From Prochlorococcus marinus str. NATL2A (GTDB taxonomy: Bacteria; Cyanobacteriota; Cyanobacteriia; PCC-6307; Cyanobiaceae), in assembly GCF_000012465.1 (NCBI RefSeq), contig NC_007335.2:750001-782000 (forward strand): 32,000 nt of DNA. Direction: 5' to 3'. Positions 10,619-18,285 of the stretch are shown here, one piece after another. The first letter of the stretch is position 1. Each line of letters begins with the position of its first letter. The position numbers and the translations under genes were made by a program. The notes beneath the pieces were generated by a model. That model was not told the DNA's origin. It worked only from the letters and a program-made list of their open reading frames with translations, and did not search any database.

Positions 10619-11287
10619 TCAAATACTAAACGCCTTTATTGCCTTACTCATATTTGTTTTGGGATTCTCTTCGCTACTAGTAATCTCGATGATTTTTTCT
10701 ATAGAATCTTTTGTTTTTAAAGCTTCTATACAGGCTTTTGCAACAAGTCTTCTGGGAATCGAGCCTTCTTCTTGAGTTTTATCACCAGAGAACAAAATAT
10801 TTTGATTTTTTAAATTAGTTTCATTTTCATTCAGACCTCCAGGACGTATGACAGTCCAATCTAGACCACTTTTTTGTAGAGATCTTTCACCTAATCTTTT
10901 CCATATAAGTATTAGACCAAATAGATTTAGAGGGTGTATCAATTTCCCAGCGCAAAGTGAACTAACAAGAACAACCCTATTTAACTTTTGTCTTTTACAG
11001 CTTTCAATTTGTTTTTTGATATTTAGATAATCTACTTTTGCTGGACCTGTTAAATCGATAGATGGCCTCGCACCTGTTGCTATAACTAGGCTCTCACAAC
11101 CTTGTAATGCATAATCAAGAGTGGTTCCATTAGTGTCTGACAAAACGTACCTTTCACAACCTTGTATGGATTCAGGAATATCAGACTGTGATCTAACTAT
11201 CAATCTCACTTCATATCCAGCTGATATAGCTTCCTCTGCTACTCGAAAACCTGTTTTTCCCGAAGCTCCTGTTATGGCTAATTTCAT
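10619..11287 (-). CDS. NAD(P)H-binding atypical SDR (NmrA/Ycf39-like family)
   Basis: 222 aa with an N-terminal MKLAITGASGKTGFRV Rossmann motif. Confidence 0.8.
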   Translation of the reverse strand: MKLAITGASGKTGFRVAEEAISAGYEVRLIVRSQSDIPESIQGCERYVLSDTNGTTLDYALQGCESLVIATGARPSIDLTGPAKVDYLNIKKQIESCKRQKLNRVVLVSSLCAGKLIHPLNLFGLILIWKRLGERSLQKSGLDWTVIRPGGLNENETNLKNQNILFSGDKTQEEGSIPRRLVAKACIEALKTKDSIEKIIEITSSEENPKTNMSKAIKAFSI

Positions 11288-11364
11288 TAGAATTAAATTT
11301 CTTTAATATGTTTCTAGCAAGAAATAGTCCTTTTTGTTGCGATAATAAAATTAATAGATAATTA

Positions 11365-12018
11365 TTAAGCCTTTATACAAATAATTGCTTTCTTTCTATT
11401 AGGGTAAAGTTCCTTACATAAGTTACAGATTGTGCCGTTACATCCTCTCGCCGAGCAATATTCTCTTCCGTAAAAAATTATCTGTAAATGTAACTTATTC
11501 CAAAGTTTTTTTGGAAATAATCTTTTTAGATCCTTTTCCGTTTGGATAACATTTTTACCTGAAGTTAATCCCCATCTCTGAGATAATCTATGAATATGTG
11601 TATCGACAGGAAATGATGGTACACCAAATACTTGAGACATAACAACACTAGCTGTCTTATGGCCGACACCAGGGAGTGACTCAAGTTCTTGAAATGTATT
11701 TGGAACTATATTATTAAATTTTTCATAAATAATCTTTGATAAGTTATGAGTATTTTTTGCTTTAGTTTTCGCAAGTCCAAGTTGTTTGATGTAATTATAT
11801 ATTTTATTTTCACCTAATTTATACATTTTCTCAGCTGATGGAGCAACCTTGAAAAGTTCTTTAGTTAATTCATTGACTTTCTTATCTGTTGATTGTGCAC
11901 TTAATACAACTGCTACGAGTAGTGTGAAACCATTTTGATGATCTAATGGTATCGGTGTCTCAGGATATATTTCTTCAAGTCTCTTAATTATTATCTTTAT
12001 CCTTTCATCTTTTTTCAT
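11365..12018 (-). CDS. nth: Endonuclease III (DNA-(apurinic or apyrimidinic site) lyase)
   Basis: 217 aa. It has the helix-hairpin-helix motif LPGVGHKTASVV, the catalytic region VDTHIHRL and a C-terminal Cys cluster for a 4Fe-4S centre (CSARGCNGTICNLC). Confidence 0.9.
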   Translation of the reverse strand: MKKDERIKIIIKRLEEIYPETPIPLDHQNGFTLLVAVVLSAQSTDKKVNELTKELFKVAPSAEKMYKLGENKIYNYIKQLGLAKTKAKNTHNLSKIIYEKFNNIVPNTFQELESLPGVGHKTASVVMSQVFGVPSFPVDTHIHRLSQRWGLTSGKNVIQTEKDLKRLFPKKLWNKLHLQIIFYGREYCSARGCNGTICNLCKELYPNRKKAIICIKA

Positions 12019-12208
12019 TGCATTATGAATTGCATTGTTTATAAAGTTACTTAATTAAAACCCTATAACTTGAAGCAATAGTCTTTAATGAAAATAAACA
12101 GGTATCATTTTATACACTTGAGTGTGATTTTTGTCTATGAATTTTTTCTTTTAAGGTTGGTTTGTTTTTAATTGATTTCTAGAGAATAGAATATTCAAAA
12201 ATAGTTTT

Positions 12209-13267
12209 GTGAGTACTGAACTAGAAGTCCACAATTTATGGCATGAATTTAAGTCTAATAAAAATAATAATTGGGTTCTAAAAGATATTAATTTTACTCT
12301 AAAAGCTGGAGAATTGATAGGTTTGCTTGGTCCTTCGGGTTGTGGAAAAACTACCCTTTTAAGATTGATAGCAGGTTTTGAAAAGCCAAAACGTGGATTA
12401 ATAAAAAAAAATGGGCAGATAATTTCTAATAATCATTACCTTCTCTCCCCAGAGCGAAGGCAAATAGGGATGGTTTTTCAAGACTATGCTCTATTCCCTC
12501 ATTTGAATGTTTGGGATAATGTTTGCTTTGGTATAAATAAGAAAGAGAAATCTATTAAAAGAGCAAATTGGCTATTGAATTTATTGGATATTTATGAGTT
12601 TAAAAATAGATATCCTCACGAACTTTCAGGCGGACAGAGCCAAAGAGTTGCCTTGGCTCGTGCTCTAGCCCCTGGGACTTCTTTGGTTTTGCTTGACGAA
12701 CCTTTTTGCTCTTTAGATGTTGAAGTGAGATCTAGATTGAGGTCAGAACTTTCTTCGGTTTTAAAATCCTGCTCAGCATCAGCAATTTTAGTAACTCACG
12801 ATCCTCATGAAGCATTAGCTATTTGTGATCGGGTGGCTGTCTTAAGAAGTGGTGAAATTCAACAATACTCAACTCCTTTTGAGATGGTTTTAAACCCATC
12901 AAATGATTTTATAGGTCAATTTGTATTGCAAAAAAATATTTTGCCAATTCAATACATTGATAATGCCTGTTCAACATGTATTGGTAAATTGAGTGTGCCT
13001 TTCGATATGTCGATTTCATCGAAATCTGTTTGTATGTTCGATAGGAATGCTATTCGGATCGAACCTTGTTCAAATGGTTCTTTTACTGTCATATCAAAAG
13101 AATACCGTATTAATCATTATGTCTATACTGTGATAAGTGAGAGTATAAAATTAAAATCAGAAATGAACTTGGATACATCTTTATCTATAGGAGATAGATG
13201 TAAAGTCCAACCAATTCACGAAAAAAACTTCTTAGTTCTACCAGAAAATATTAAATGTAAATTCTAA
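12209..13267 (+). CDS. ABC transporter ATP-binding subunit, FutC/FbpC/PotA-type importer ATPase with a C-terminal regulatory (TOBE-like) domain
   Basis: 352 aa with a GTG start. It has Walker A GPSGCGKTT, the signature LSGGQSQRVALARAL, Walker B LVLLDEPF and the H-loop VTHD. No permease or binding protein is adjacent. Confidence 0.85.
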   Translation: MSTELEVHNLWHEFKSNKNNNWVLKDINFTLKAGELIGLLGPSGCGKTTLLRLIAGFEKPKRGLIKKNGQIISNNHYLLSPERRQIGMVFQDYALFPHLNVWDNVCFGINKKEKSIKRANWLLNLLDIYEFKNRYPHELSGGQSQRVALARALAPGTSLVLLDEPFCSLDVEVRSRLRSELSSVLKSCSASAILVTHDPHEALAICDRVAVLRSGEIQQYSTPFEMVLNPSNDFIGQFVLQKNILPIQYIDNACSTCIGKLSVPFDMSISSKSVCMFDRNAIRIEPCSNGSFTVISKEYRINHYVYTVISESIKLKSEMNLDTSLSIGDRCKVQPIHEKNFLVLPENIKCKF

Positions 13268-13307
13268 TTAGTTAAAATGCTAAGAAAATTATATTTAACT
13301 ATTTAAC

Positions 13308-13330
13308 GCAATTGAGATTCATTATCAAAT
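13308..13330. promoter_or_regulatory. Fur-box-like AT-rich operator candidate upstream of ferritin
   Basis: 13308..13326 (GCAATTGAGATTCATTATC) matches 14 of 19 positions of the classical Fur box GATAATGATAATCATTATC, including 12 of the last 15. It lies about 105 nt upstream of the ferritin ATG. Confidence 0.25.
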
Positions 13331-13430
13331 AATTTTTTTTAATTTTGGCATCAAAATCATACAAAATGAGTTATTATTTAATTGAACAAAAAATTAGTTT
13401 TTGCGTTCTTTGACCTAGCTTTTTTTTGTT

Positions 13431-13982
13431 ATGCAATCATCTACATCCAATTCAATAGGACTTAACGTTGGTCCTTCAGGTCGTGCGATTGCACAGCCTA
13501 TGGATATTGACCTTCTTGAGGCCCTTTATCAACATACTTCTCTTGAAAGGGTTTCAAGCGCACAATATTTAGCGATGTCCCTTTGGTTCCTCGAGAGAGA
13601 ATTAAGAGGATTCTCTTCATTTTTCAAGAAAGAGTCTTTATCAGAGCAAGAGCATGGATTTAACTTTGCTAAATACATGATTGCTCGAGGTCAAACTGTT
13701 GAACTTGAAGAAGTAACTAAACCAATACAAGAATGGAAGACAGTCCAAGAATTAGTAACTTTGTCTTTCCAAATGGAGGCTGACGTTACAACCTCTGTTC
13801 AACAGCTTTATTCTTTGGCAGAGAGATCCAATGATACTCGTACAACGGTATTCCTTGATCCAGTTATCGACGAGCAAATTAAATCAGAAGATGACATGGC
13901 TTATTTACTTGGTAAAGTCAAATTTGCTAATAATGATCCTTCAGCATTGTTTATTATTGATAATGAATTAAAGATAAATTAA
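13431..13982 (+). CDS. ftn: Ferritin (bacterial non-haem Ftn type)
   Basis: 183 aa. It has a ferritin-like four-helix pattern with ferroxidase-type residues (ERVSSAQYLAMSLWF ... ESLSEQEHGFNFAKYM ... QMEADV). The start could instead be the Met at 13500 (MDIDLL). Confidence 0.85.
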   Translation: MQSSTSNSIGLNVGPSGRAIAQPMDIDLLEALYQHTSLERVSSAQYLAMSLWFLERELRGFSSFFKKESLSEQEHGFNFAKYMIARGQTVELEEVTKPIQEWKTVQELVTLSFQMEADVTTSVQQLYSLAERSNDTRTTVFLDPVIDEQIKSEDDMAYLLGKVKFANNDPSALFIIDNELKIN

Positions 13983-14010
13983 ATTTATCTTTTGTTGAAC
14001 TTAGTTGAAC

Positions 14011-14292
14011 TTATATTTGTTGAAAAGAATTAGATCTTTTAGTTATTTCTAATAGGAATTCTAAGGATAAATCATCAGAGTTTGTTTTAAACATGCTTTC
14101 AGATATGGATAATATTTTTAGTCTATTTTTATTTAACTTATCTAATTCTAACCTTAATCTTTTTGATAAAGATTTATTATGACAAGTCTTAAGGGATCTA
14201 TTAATGTTTTTGGATCTAATCTTTATAAACTCTATCTCTTTGCAGAGTGAAAAAACAATAGATTCGGAATAGAAAAATATCTCTTGATTCAT
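14011..14292 (-). CDS. Hypothetical protein, 93 aa, very AT-rich
   Basis: ORF lying 6 nt downstream of the co-oriented Crp-family gene. It is basic and Leu/Lys-rich. No motif recognised. Confidence 0.35.
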   Translation of the reverse strand: MNQEIFFYSESIVFSLCKEIEFIKIRSKNINRSLKTCHNKSLSKRLRLELDKLNKNRLKILSISESMFKTNSDDLSLEFLLEITKRSNSFQQI

Positions 14293-14298
14293 TATTTA

Positions 14299-14895
14299 TT
14301 ACACGGTTAATGGTGATGACTCAATGAAGTCCGGAGAAAGACTTAGAGTCGGATCACCTGATGACGCTTTTAGTAAATCGGCTGTTCTCAGTCTTGAAAT
14401 TAATCGAGTAGAAGTAACCCTTGTTGATCCAATTAACTCTCCAATTCTTTCATGAGTAAGCCTGAATGGTAATTGGCACCAATCACCGCATCTTCTTCCA
14501 AGTCGGTTAACTAATAAAGCAAATAAAGCTTGCAGTCTTTGTTCAGCATTACCTAAATGTCTAATTCTAAGTAGCTGAAGAGTCCACTCGTTGACAGCGT
14601 CGTACCCTCCTAATTCAACTGACGTTTCAGCATCACTTACGAAGCAAAGAGCGGTTAAAGCTTCTACGCATACACCTTCACTGCAAAGCCGGTCCGTTCT
14701 TAATTGATCTCCAGACTGCAAGAAAGCCAATGTCATCCCCTCTGTTTCTTCACACGGGCAATAAACACGTGCTACACCTTCTAAAACCTCTAAGCAAGTA
14801 TCTCCTCTTCTTGAGGAAGGATCTATCAGCACGGATTGCCCGGTTGCCATTCGAACAGCTGATGAAGGAGTTTCTGCGTAGCTTTTAAAGCTCAT
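14299..14895 (-). CDS. Crp/Fnr-family transcriptional regulator (cNMP-binding-like domain plus C-terminal HTH)
   Basis: 198 aa. The HTH is THERIGELIGSTRVTSTRLISRLR, and the N-terminal part has a beta-roll-like region. G+C is visibly higher than in the neighbours. Confidence 0.85.
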   Translation of the reverse strand: MSFKSYAETPSSAVRMATGQSVLIDPSSRRGDTCLEVLEGVARVYCPCEETEGMTLAFLQSGDQLRTDRLCSEGVCVEALTALCFVSDAETSVELGGYDAVNEWTLQLLRIRHLGNAEQRLQALFALLVNRLGRRCGDWCQLPFRLTHERIGELIGSTRVTSTRLISRLRTADLLKASSGDPTLSLSPDFIESSPLTV

Positions 14896-14927
14896 TAAAA
14901 ACGAATGGACCTTGATTGAATTCTAAT

Positions 14928-15113
14928 TTACACAAAATCCGAAGCTTTTTGCAACCGATTCTCAATAGCAACAAGCTCTTGAGATTTTTTGCCAAAGGAT
15001 GTATCAAAAGTGACGTCGACAGCGATTTTTTGTTTCACTTTTTGGGCTTTGAGTTAGTTAATTGTGACATTAGTGTTATCAGCTTTGTATTTATATCTAC
15101 CGATGGTTTTCAT
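14928..15113 (-). pseudogene. Small reading frame interrupted by one in-frame TAA (19 aa, stop, then 41 aa), located between the pcb terminator and the Crp-family gene
   Basis: Manual translation gives MKTIGRYKYKADNTNVTIN*LKAQKVKQKIAVDVTFDTSFGKKSQELVAIENRLQKASDFV*. Both halves are in the same frame and look protein-like. An internal GVG-less GTG at codon 26 could restart a 36-aa product. Confidence 0.2.
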
Positions 15114-15144
15114 TAAAAAAAGGCCCGCAAGCGGGCCTTTTTTT
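15114..15144. terminator. Bidirectional rho-independent terminator downstream of pcb
   Basis: The sequence is AAAAAAAA-GGCCCGC-AA-GCGGGCC-TTTTTTT. This is a perfect 7-bp GC-rich stem (15122..15128 / 15131..15137) flanked by an A-tract and a T-tract, 35 nt beyond the pcb stop. Confidence 0.85.
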
Positions 15145-15178
15145 AATTCACTAATTTAATGAGAAATTAAATTAATAA

Positions 15179-16237
15179 TTAACCGTTAGTGATTTTTGCG
15201 TTTTCCATATTGTCGAACGCTTTACCCACGCGTCTGAAGTCAAATCCCATAGCTCTTAGTGCATGCCAGAGATGCCCCTGGATGAAGAAGAAGCCAAGAT
15301 AGAAATGAACATTAGCTAACCAAGCTCTAGCTGTATGAGCGCCAGCAGCAAGTGATGGGTCGGTATCAACAAAATAAGGAGCGAAATCAAACTTAAGTTG
15401 AAGTACTTCGCCGAAGAATTCTGTGGAGTAAACAGTTGTGTTTGTTGAACTCCAGAAAGCTGCAACAAGTGCACAATAGCCAACACCAGCTAATGAGTAT
15501 GAAAGAACAGCTTCAGCGGAAAGAAGTCCTTTCCCTTTGAATTCTGTGTACTCACCAAATTGCTTAGTGATGATGTGGAATGCACCACCAATAATTTGGA
15601 AAAATGCTAAGAAAGCATGACCGCCCATAACATCTTCCAAACTAGTGATTTGAAGGAAATCAGCTTGGTGATTCCATATCATTCCTAAATCTAGGTTGTA
15701 AGAAACTGTACGAGTAGCTCCTAAAGCAGTATCCCAAATACCATGATATTGAGCCCATTCAACGAATTGAATGTTTGCCAAACCTAGGAAAATAAGGTGA
15801 TGACCAAGAATAAATGTAAGTTTGTCTGGATCGTCCCACTCGAAGTCAAACTTTTTAGGACGACTTCCTTCAGGATAGTTTCCTAAATCACCGTCATATC
15901 TTGTTGAGTGAAGAATTCCACCAGCACCAAGAACACCAGAGAAAATCAGGTGAAGTACAGCAATAACTGTGCAACCGTAAGGTTCAGTTATTACTCCGTT
16001 TTCAATTCCACCTATTCCAAGTTGTGCAAGGTGAGGCAAGCAGATCAAGTTTTGATTACCCATCGCAACGGATGAGTCATAACGAGCTAGCTCAAATAAA
16101 GTGAACGCACCTGCCCAGAACATCATCAAACCAGCATGGGCAGCATGCGCAGCGATGAATTTTCCGGAGCGATTGGCCGTCCCTGAATTACCCGCGTACC
16201 AGTCATAGGTAACGCTAGGATTCCCGTAGGTCTGCAC
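15179..16237 (-). CDS. pcbA: Divinyl-chlorophyll a/b light-harvesting protein Pcb (IsiA/CP43 family, six TM helices)
   Basis: 352 aa with a GTG start. Diagnostic Pcb/IsiA blocks are present: GKFIAAHAAHAGLMMFWAGAFTLFEL, FILGHHLIFLG, GGHAFLAFF and NVHFYLGFFFIQGHLWHALRAMGFDF. It lacks the large CP43 lumenal loop. Confidence 0.95.
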   Translation of the reverse strand: MQTYGNPSVTYDWYAGNSGTANRSGKFIAAHAAHAGLMMFWAGAFTLFELARYDSSVAMGNQNLICLPHLAQLGIGGIENGVITEPYGCTVIAVLHLIFSGVLGAGGILHSTRYDGDLGNYPEGSRPKKFDFEWDDPDKLTFILGHHLIFLGLANIQFVEWAQYHGIWDTALGATRTVSYNLDLGMIWNHQADFLQITSLEDVMGGHAFLAFFQIIGGAFHIITKQFGEYTEFKGKGLLSAEAVLSYSLAGVGYCALVAAFWSSTNTTVYSTEFFGEVLQLKFDFAPYFVDTDPSLAAGAHTARAWLANVHFYLGFFFIQGHLWHALRAMGFDFRRVGKAFDNMENAKITNG

Positions 16238-16490
16238 GAGAAATAAACAAAGAACAGTAAGAGGATATATTTATAGGTCTATAAGTTCCATATCCCTTCA
16301 CATTGCTTATTGAAATTGTAGGTTTTGTACATATTTCATGAACATCTGCTACTAAATATGATCTTCGTGTTAGGGCAATATCTTATCCTTAGAGTCATTG
16401 GGATAACTATGATATTTGCTATTAATCAAAGTAAAAGATCATATTCCTTGTGTTGACTTTGTTATTTTGAAAACAAACCATAATAAATTA

Positions 16491-17216
16491 ATGAATTATA
16501 AAAATGTCATTAAAGAGTTTTTTGGAAAAGAGAGAATTTTTCTCGATCAGAGAAAAAGCCTAATAGTTTTGCTTGGTTCTTTTGCTGATTTTGATAGTTT
16601 TGAATACTCTCAACAATTATCAGCTCAATCAAATTGGTTAGCAAAGCACTCAGTTGATTTGATTTTGATAGGTATTGGGAGTGAAAAATCTAAAGAATCT
16701 TTTTGCAAGTTCAATAAAATTGATATTAATAATGTTATTGCCGTAAAGAATGCTGACCTTCATGAGAAACTTAATCTGAATGCTGGGCTTGTAACACAAA
16801 TGCCTGCAATTATTAATCTATTGATTATGTGCACAGGTATAAATTCTAGAGGTACGATCAAGGAAGTTTTAAGAGGTTATTTTGGGGATAAAAATGCAGG
16901 GAGTTTATTCACTTTTGATGAGGATATAAATTTAGGTCCTTTTTCTTTGTTCAAAGGAAGTATGTTTGATATTTTTTCAAAAAAACAAAATTTACGCCCT
17001 TTTGAGCTTGCCACCAGAAGACTTATGAATATGATTGAAATTCTTTCGAATTGGAATACTTATGTACCTGATTCTGCATTCTTAACTCAAAGAGGAGCAA
17101 CAATTCTATTGAATGAAAAAGATGAGGTCTTATATGAATTTATTTCTGAAAGTCTTTTAGGGTATGCAAGTAAAATGAGTGCACCATTATCATTCTTAGA
17201 TGATATTTTGAATTAA
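16491..17216 (+). CDS. AhpC/TSA-like (peroxiredoxin-like, thioredoxin-fold) family protein, no obvious catalytic Cys motif
   Basis: The track ORF starts at TTG 16416. The in-frame ATG at 16491 (MNYKNVIKEFFG...) is the more likely start. The pattern LIVLLGSFADFDSFEYSQQL ... LILIGIGSEKS is typical of the PF13911-like group, recalled from memory. Confidence 0.55.
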   Translation: MNYKNVIKEFFGKERIFLDQRKSLIVLLGSFADFDSFEYSQQLSAQSNWLAKHSVDLILIGIGSEKSKESFCKFNKIDINNVIAVKNADLHEKLNLNAGLVTQMPAIINLLIMCTGINSRGTIKEVLRGYFGDKNAGSLFTFDEDINLGPFSLFKGSMFDIFSKKQNLRPFELATRRLMNMIEILSNWNTYVPDSAFLTQRGATILLNEKDEVLYEFISESLLGYASKMSAPLSFLDDILN

Positions 17217-17226
17217 TTCACCTCTT

Positions 17227-17442
17227 ATGATCGGAAATAAATGCTTAGTATGTGGAAGCTCTAATATGAGAGCTGATCGCGCATTATCCGGAAGATTAGT
17301 ATGTAATTCATGCGGAACTCCTTTTGGAGTTGGTAGGCGAGTAAATTATAAAATAGGTATTTACAGTAAGTTTTCATCTAATAATAAATATATTCTCTTT
17401 ATATGTATATTAATAGTAGCCTTTATTCTTGTGGTTGTTTAG
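17227..17442 (+). CDS. Small zinc-ribbon protein with a C-terminal TM anchor
   Basis: 71 aa. It has two CxxC pairs (CLVCGS ... CNSCGT) and then the hydrophobic tail YILFICILIVAFILVVV. Confidence 0.5.
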   Translation: MIGNKCLVCGSSNMRADRALSGRLVCNSCGTPFGVGRRVNYKIGIYSKFSSNNKYILFICILIVAFILVVV

Positions 17443-18251
17443 CTGCTCAAAGGAATCATTCTCCAGTATCCTTCTTGTTCTATTACTTTGATTGATATAT
17501 TGAAAAGATCGCTAAGTGTTTTTGTATTAATTAGTTCAGAAGGACTTCCATCATTTAATATTTTACCTTCTTTTATTAGAATAACTCTATTAGTTTTAGG
17601 TAAAATAGATTCAACATTATGTGTGACATAAATTAAATTTACTGAGTGCTTGATTAATTCATTTAGGTTTTGATTCAAGATGATATTTGATTTTAAATCT
17701 AAATTACAAAAAGGCTCATCCAGCACAAGTATATTAGGCTCGTAAACCAAAGCTCTAGCAAGTAATGCTCTTCTTTTTTGACCATCAGATAATGTTTGAA
17801 ATTCATTATAAATAATATCACCTAGCTCCCATGTATTTATTAGATTATTAATTTTAATCTTTTTACTTTCTGAAAGTAAATTTGTATATTTAGAATTAAA
17901 TATTCCTGAGAAACCTGAACTGATTACATCATATAATGTGACCCCATTATTTACCCTTTGCTCCATTTCTTTAAATAGAAATCCAATTTTTTTCCTTAAG
18001 TCCCAAATATTTATGTTTTCTTTGTTAAATAATTTAAATGAACTATCTTTAGTTGTGATTGGATAAATTGACCTGTTTAATAACTTTAGAAAAGTTGATT
18101 TACCAGATCCATTTGGTCCTAATATCAGTATATTTTCTCCATAACGAAGATTTAAATTTATATCTGAAAGGATCTTATTTTGATCAATATATACATTTAT
18201 ATTTTTTAAATAAGCCCAGATCTTTCCATCTTTACAAGATTCATTACTCAT
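17439..18251 (-). CDS. ABC transporter ATP-binding protein (orphan ATPase)
   Basis: 270 aa. It has Walker A GPNGSGKST, the signature LSDGQKRRALLARAL, Walker B LVLDEPF and the H-loop VTHN. No membrane partner is adjacent. Confidence 0.85.
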   Translation of the reverse strand: MSNESCKDGKIWAYLKNINVYIDQNKILSDINLNLRYGENILILGPNGSGKSTFLKLLNRSIYPITTKDSSFKLFNKENINIWDLRKKIGFLFKEMEQRVNNGVTLYDVISSGFSGIFNSKYTNLLSESKKIKINNLINTWELGDIIYNEFQTLSDGQKRRALLARALVYEPNILVLDEPFCNLDLKSNIILNQNLNELIKHSVNLIYVTHNVESILPKTNRVILIKEGKILNDGSPSELINTKTLSDLFNISIKVIEQEGYWRMIPLSS

Positions 18252-18285
18252 TTATGTAATCATTTAAATTTATAATCTATTTTAA

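Noticed and set aside
12102-12115. Perfect NtcA-type palindrome GTATCATTTTATAC (GTA-N8-TAC), with a TATGAAT -10-like box 20 nt downstream, upstream of the FutC-like ATPase gene
   Set aside because: With this base composition I estimate GTA-N8-TAC occurs roughly ten times per 32 kb by chance. The spacing to the -10 box is slightly short, and an iron-type ATPase is not an expected NtcA target. It is worth a PWM scan but is not supported on its own.
13994-14013. Tandem 10-bp duplication GTTGAACTTA x2 (plus a partial third copy) after the ferritin stop
   Set aside because: With only two copies it is not CRISPR-like or minisatellite-like. It is probably a slippage duplication in a convergent 3' spacer.
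14916-15116. 66-aa TTG-initiated plus-strand ORF ending just before the bidirectional terminator
   Set aside because: Its composition is poor (Phe/Leu/Ser-rich), and the opposite strand carries a more protein-like, though interrupted, frame. It could still mark a plus-strand transcript that uses the terminator, but nothing supports it as a CDS.
16314-16331. HLR1-like (RpaB-type) direct repeat TTGTAGG/TTTTGTACA about 80-95 nt upstream of pcb
   Set aside because: The two TACA cores on the minus strand are 9 nt apart rather than 10, and each half has mismatches to (G/T)TTACA(T/A)(T/A). The match is too weak to call.
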